Position numbers and translations under genes: made by a program. From contig JBDREN010000211.1 of NCBI GenBank assembly GCA_043819795.1, forward strand, positions 1 through 14,653: DNA of 14,653 bases. The letters are read 5' to 3'. Shown here piece after piece: positions 14,634-14,653 of this stretch; position 1 is the stretch's first letter; every line of letters starts with the position of its first letter. Below the pieces are notes generated by a model, which worked only from the letters and a program-made list of their open reading frames with translations, did not search any database and was not told the origin of the DNA. Source of the DNA: Elusimicrobiota bacterium. Lineage in GTDB: Bacteria; Elusimicrobiota; Elusimicrobia; UBA1565.

Positions 14634-14653
14634 GTGGTATATGAACAAGCTCC

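Noticed and set aside
14641..14653. MNKL(P) as the start of an IS1-like transposase
   Set aside because: Four codons are far too few to assign a family.
1..14653. CRISPR array, integrase, IS element, rRNA
   Set aside because: No regularly spaced repeats and no recombinase, transposase or rRNA motifs were seen in the window.

Overview
High-GC bacterial window, mostly transcribed on the minus strand. It begins with the 3' half of an initiator-type tRNA-Met(CAT), a typical att remnant whose orientation places the rest of the window inside a tRNA-integrated island. The cargo is dominated by transcription and signalling genes. (1) PAS histidine kinase plus ANTAR response regulator. (2) After a perfect TTGACA-N16-TATAAT promoter and a structured leader with two terminators: a GreA/B C-terminal-domain-only protein, a CxxC..HxxC small protein, a Cys-less HesB/IscA-like protein, an extra RpoD-like sigma70 lacking region 1.1, a SlyD-type FKBP, and an MBOAT + SGNH O-acetyltransferase pair. 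(3) A T2SS/T4P remnant (GspC/PilP-like gene plus frameshifted secretin). (4) An NhaR-like LysR regulator between two paralogous promoters: one drives a HesB-like gene + Usp, the other drives a tandem-SH3 protein, a HAMP kinase, a Gre N-terminal-like coiled-coil protein and another HesB-like gene. The most notable candidate system is an RNA-polymerase-modulating module: a possibly split, non-catalytic Gre factor, an accessory sigma, three degenerate HesB-like paralogs and a repeated 16-bp-spacer promoter motif. All family calls are by-eye motif recognition; no searches were run.
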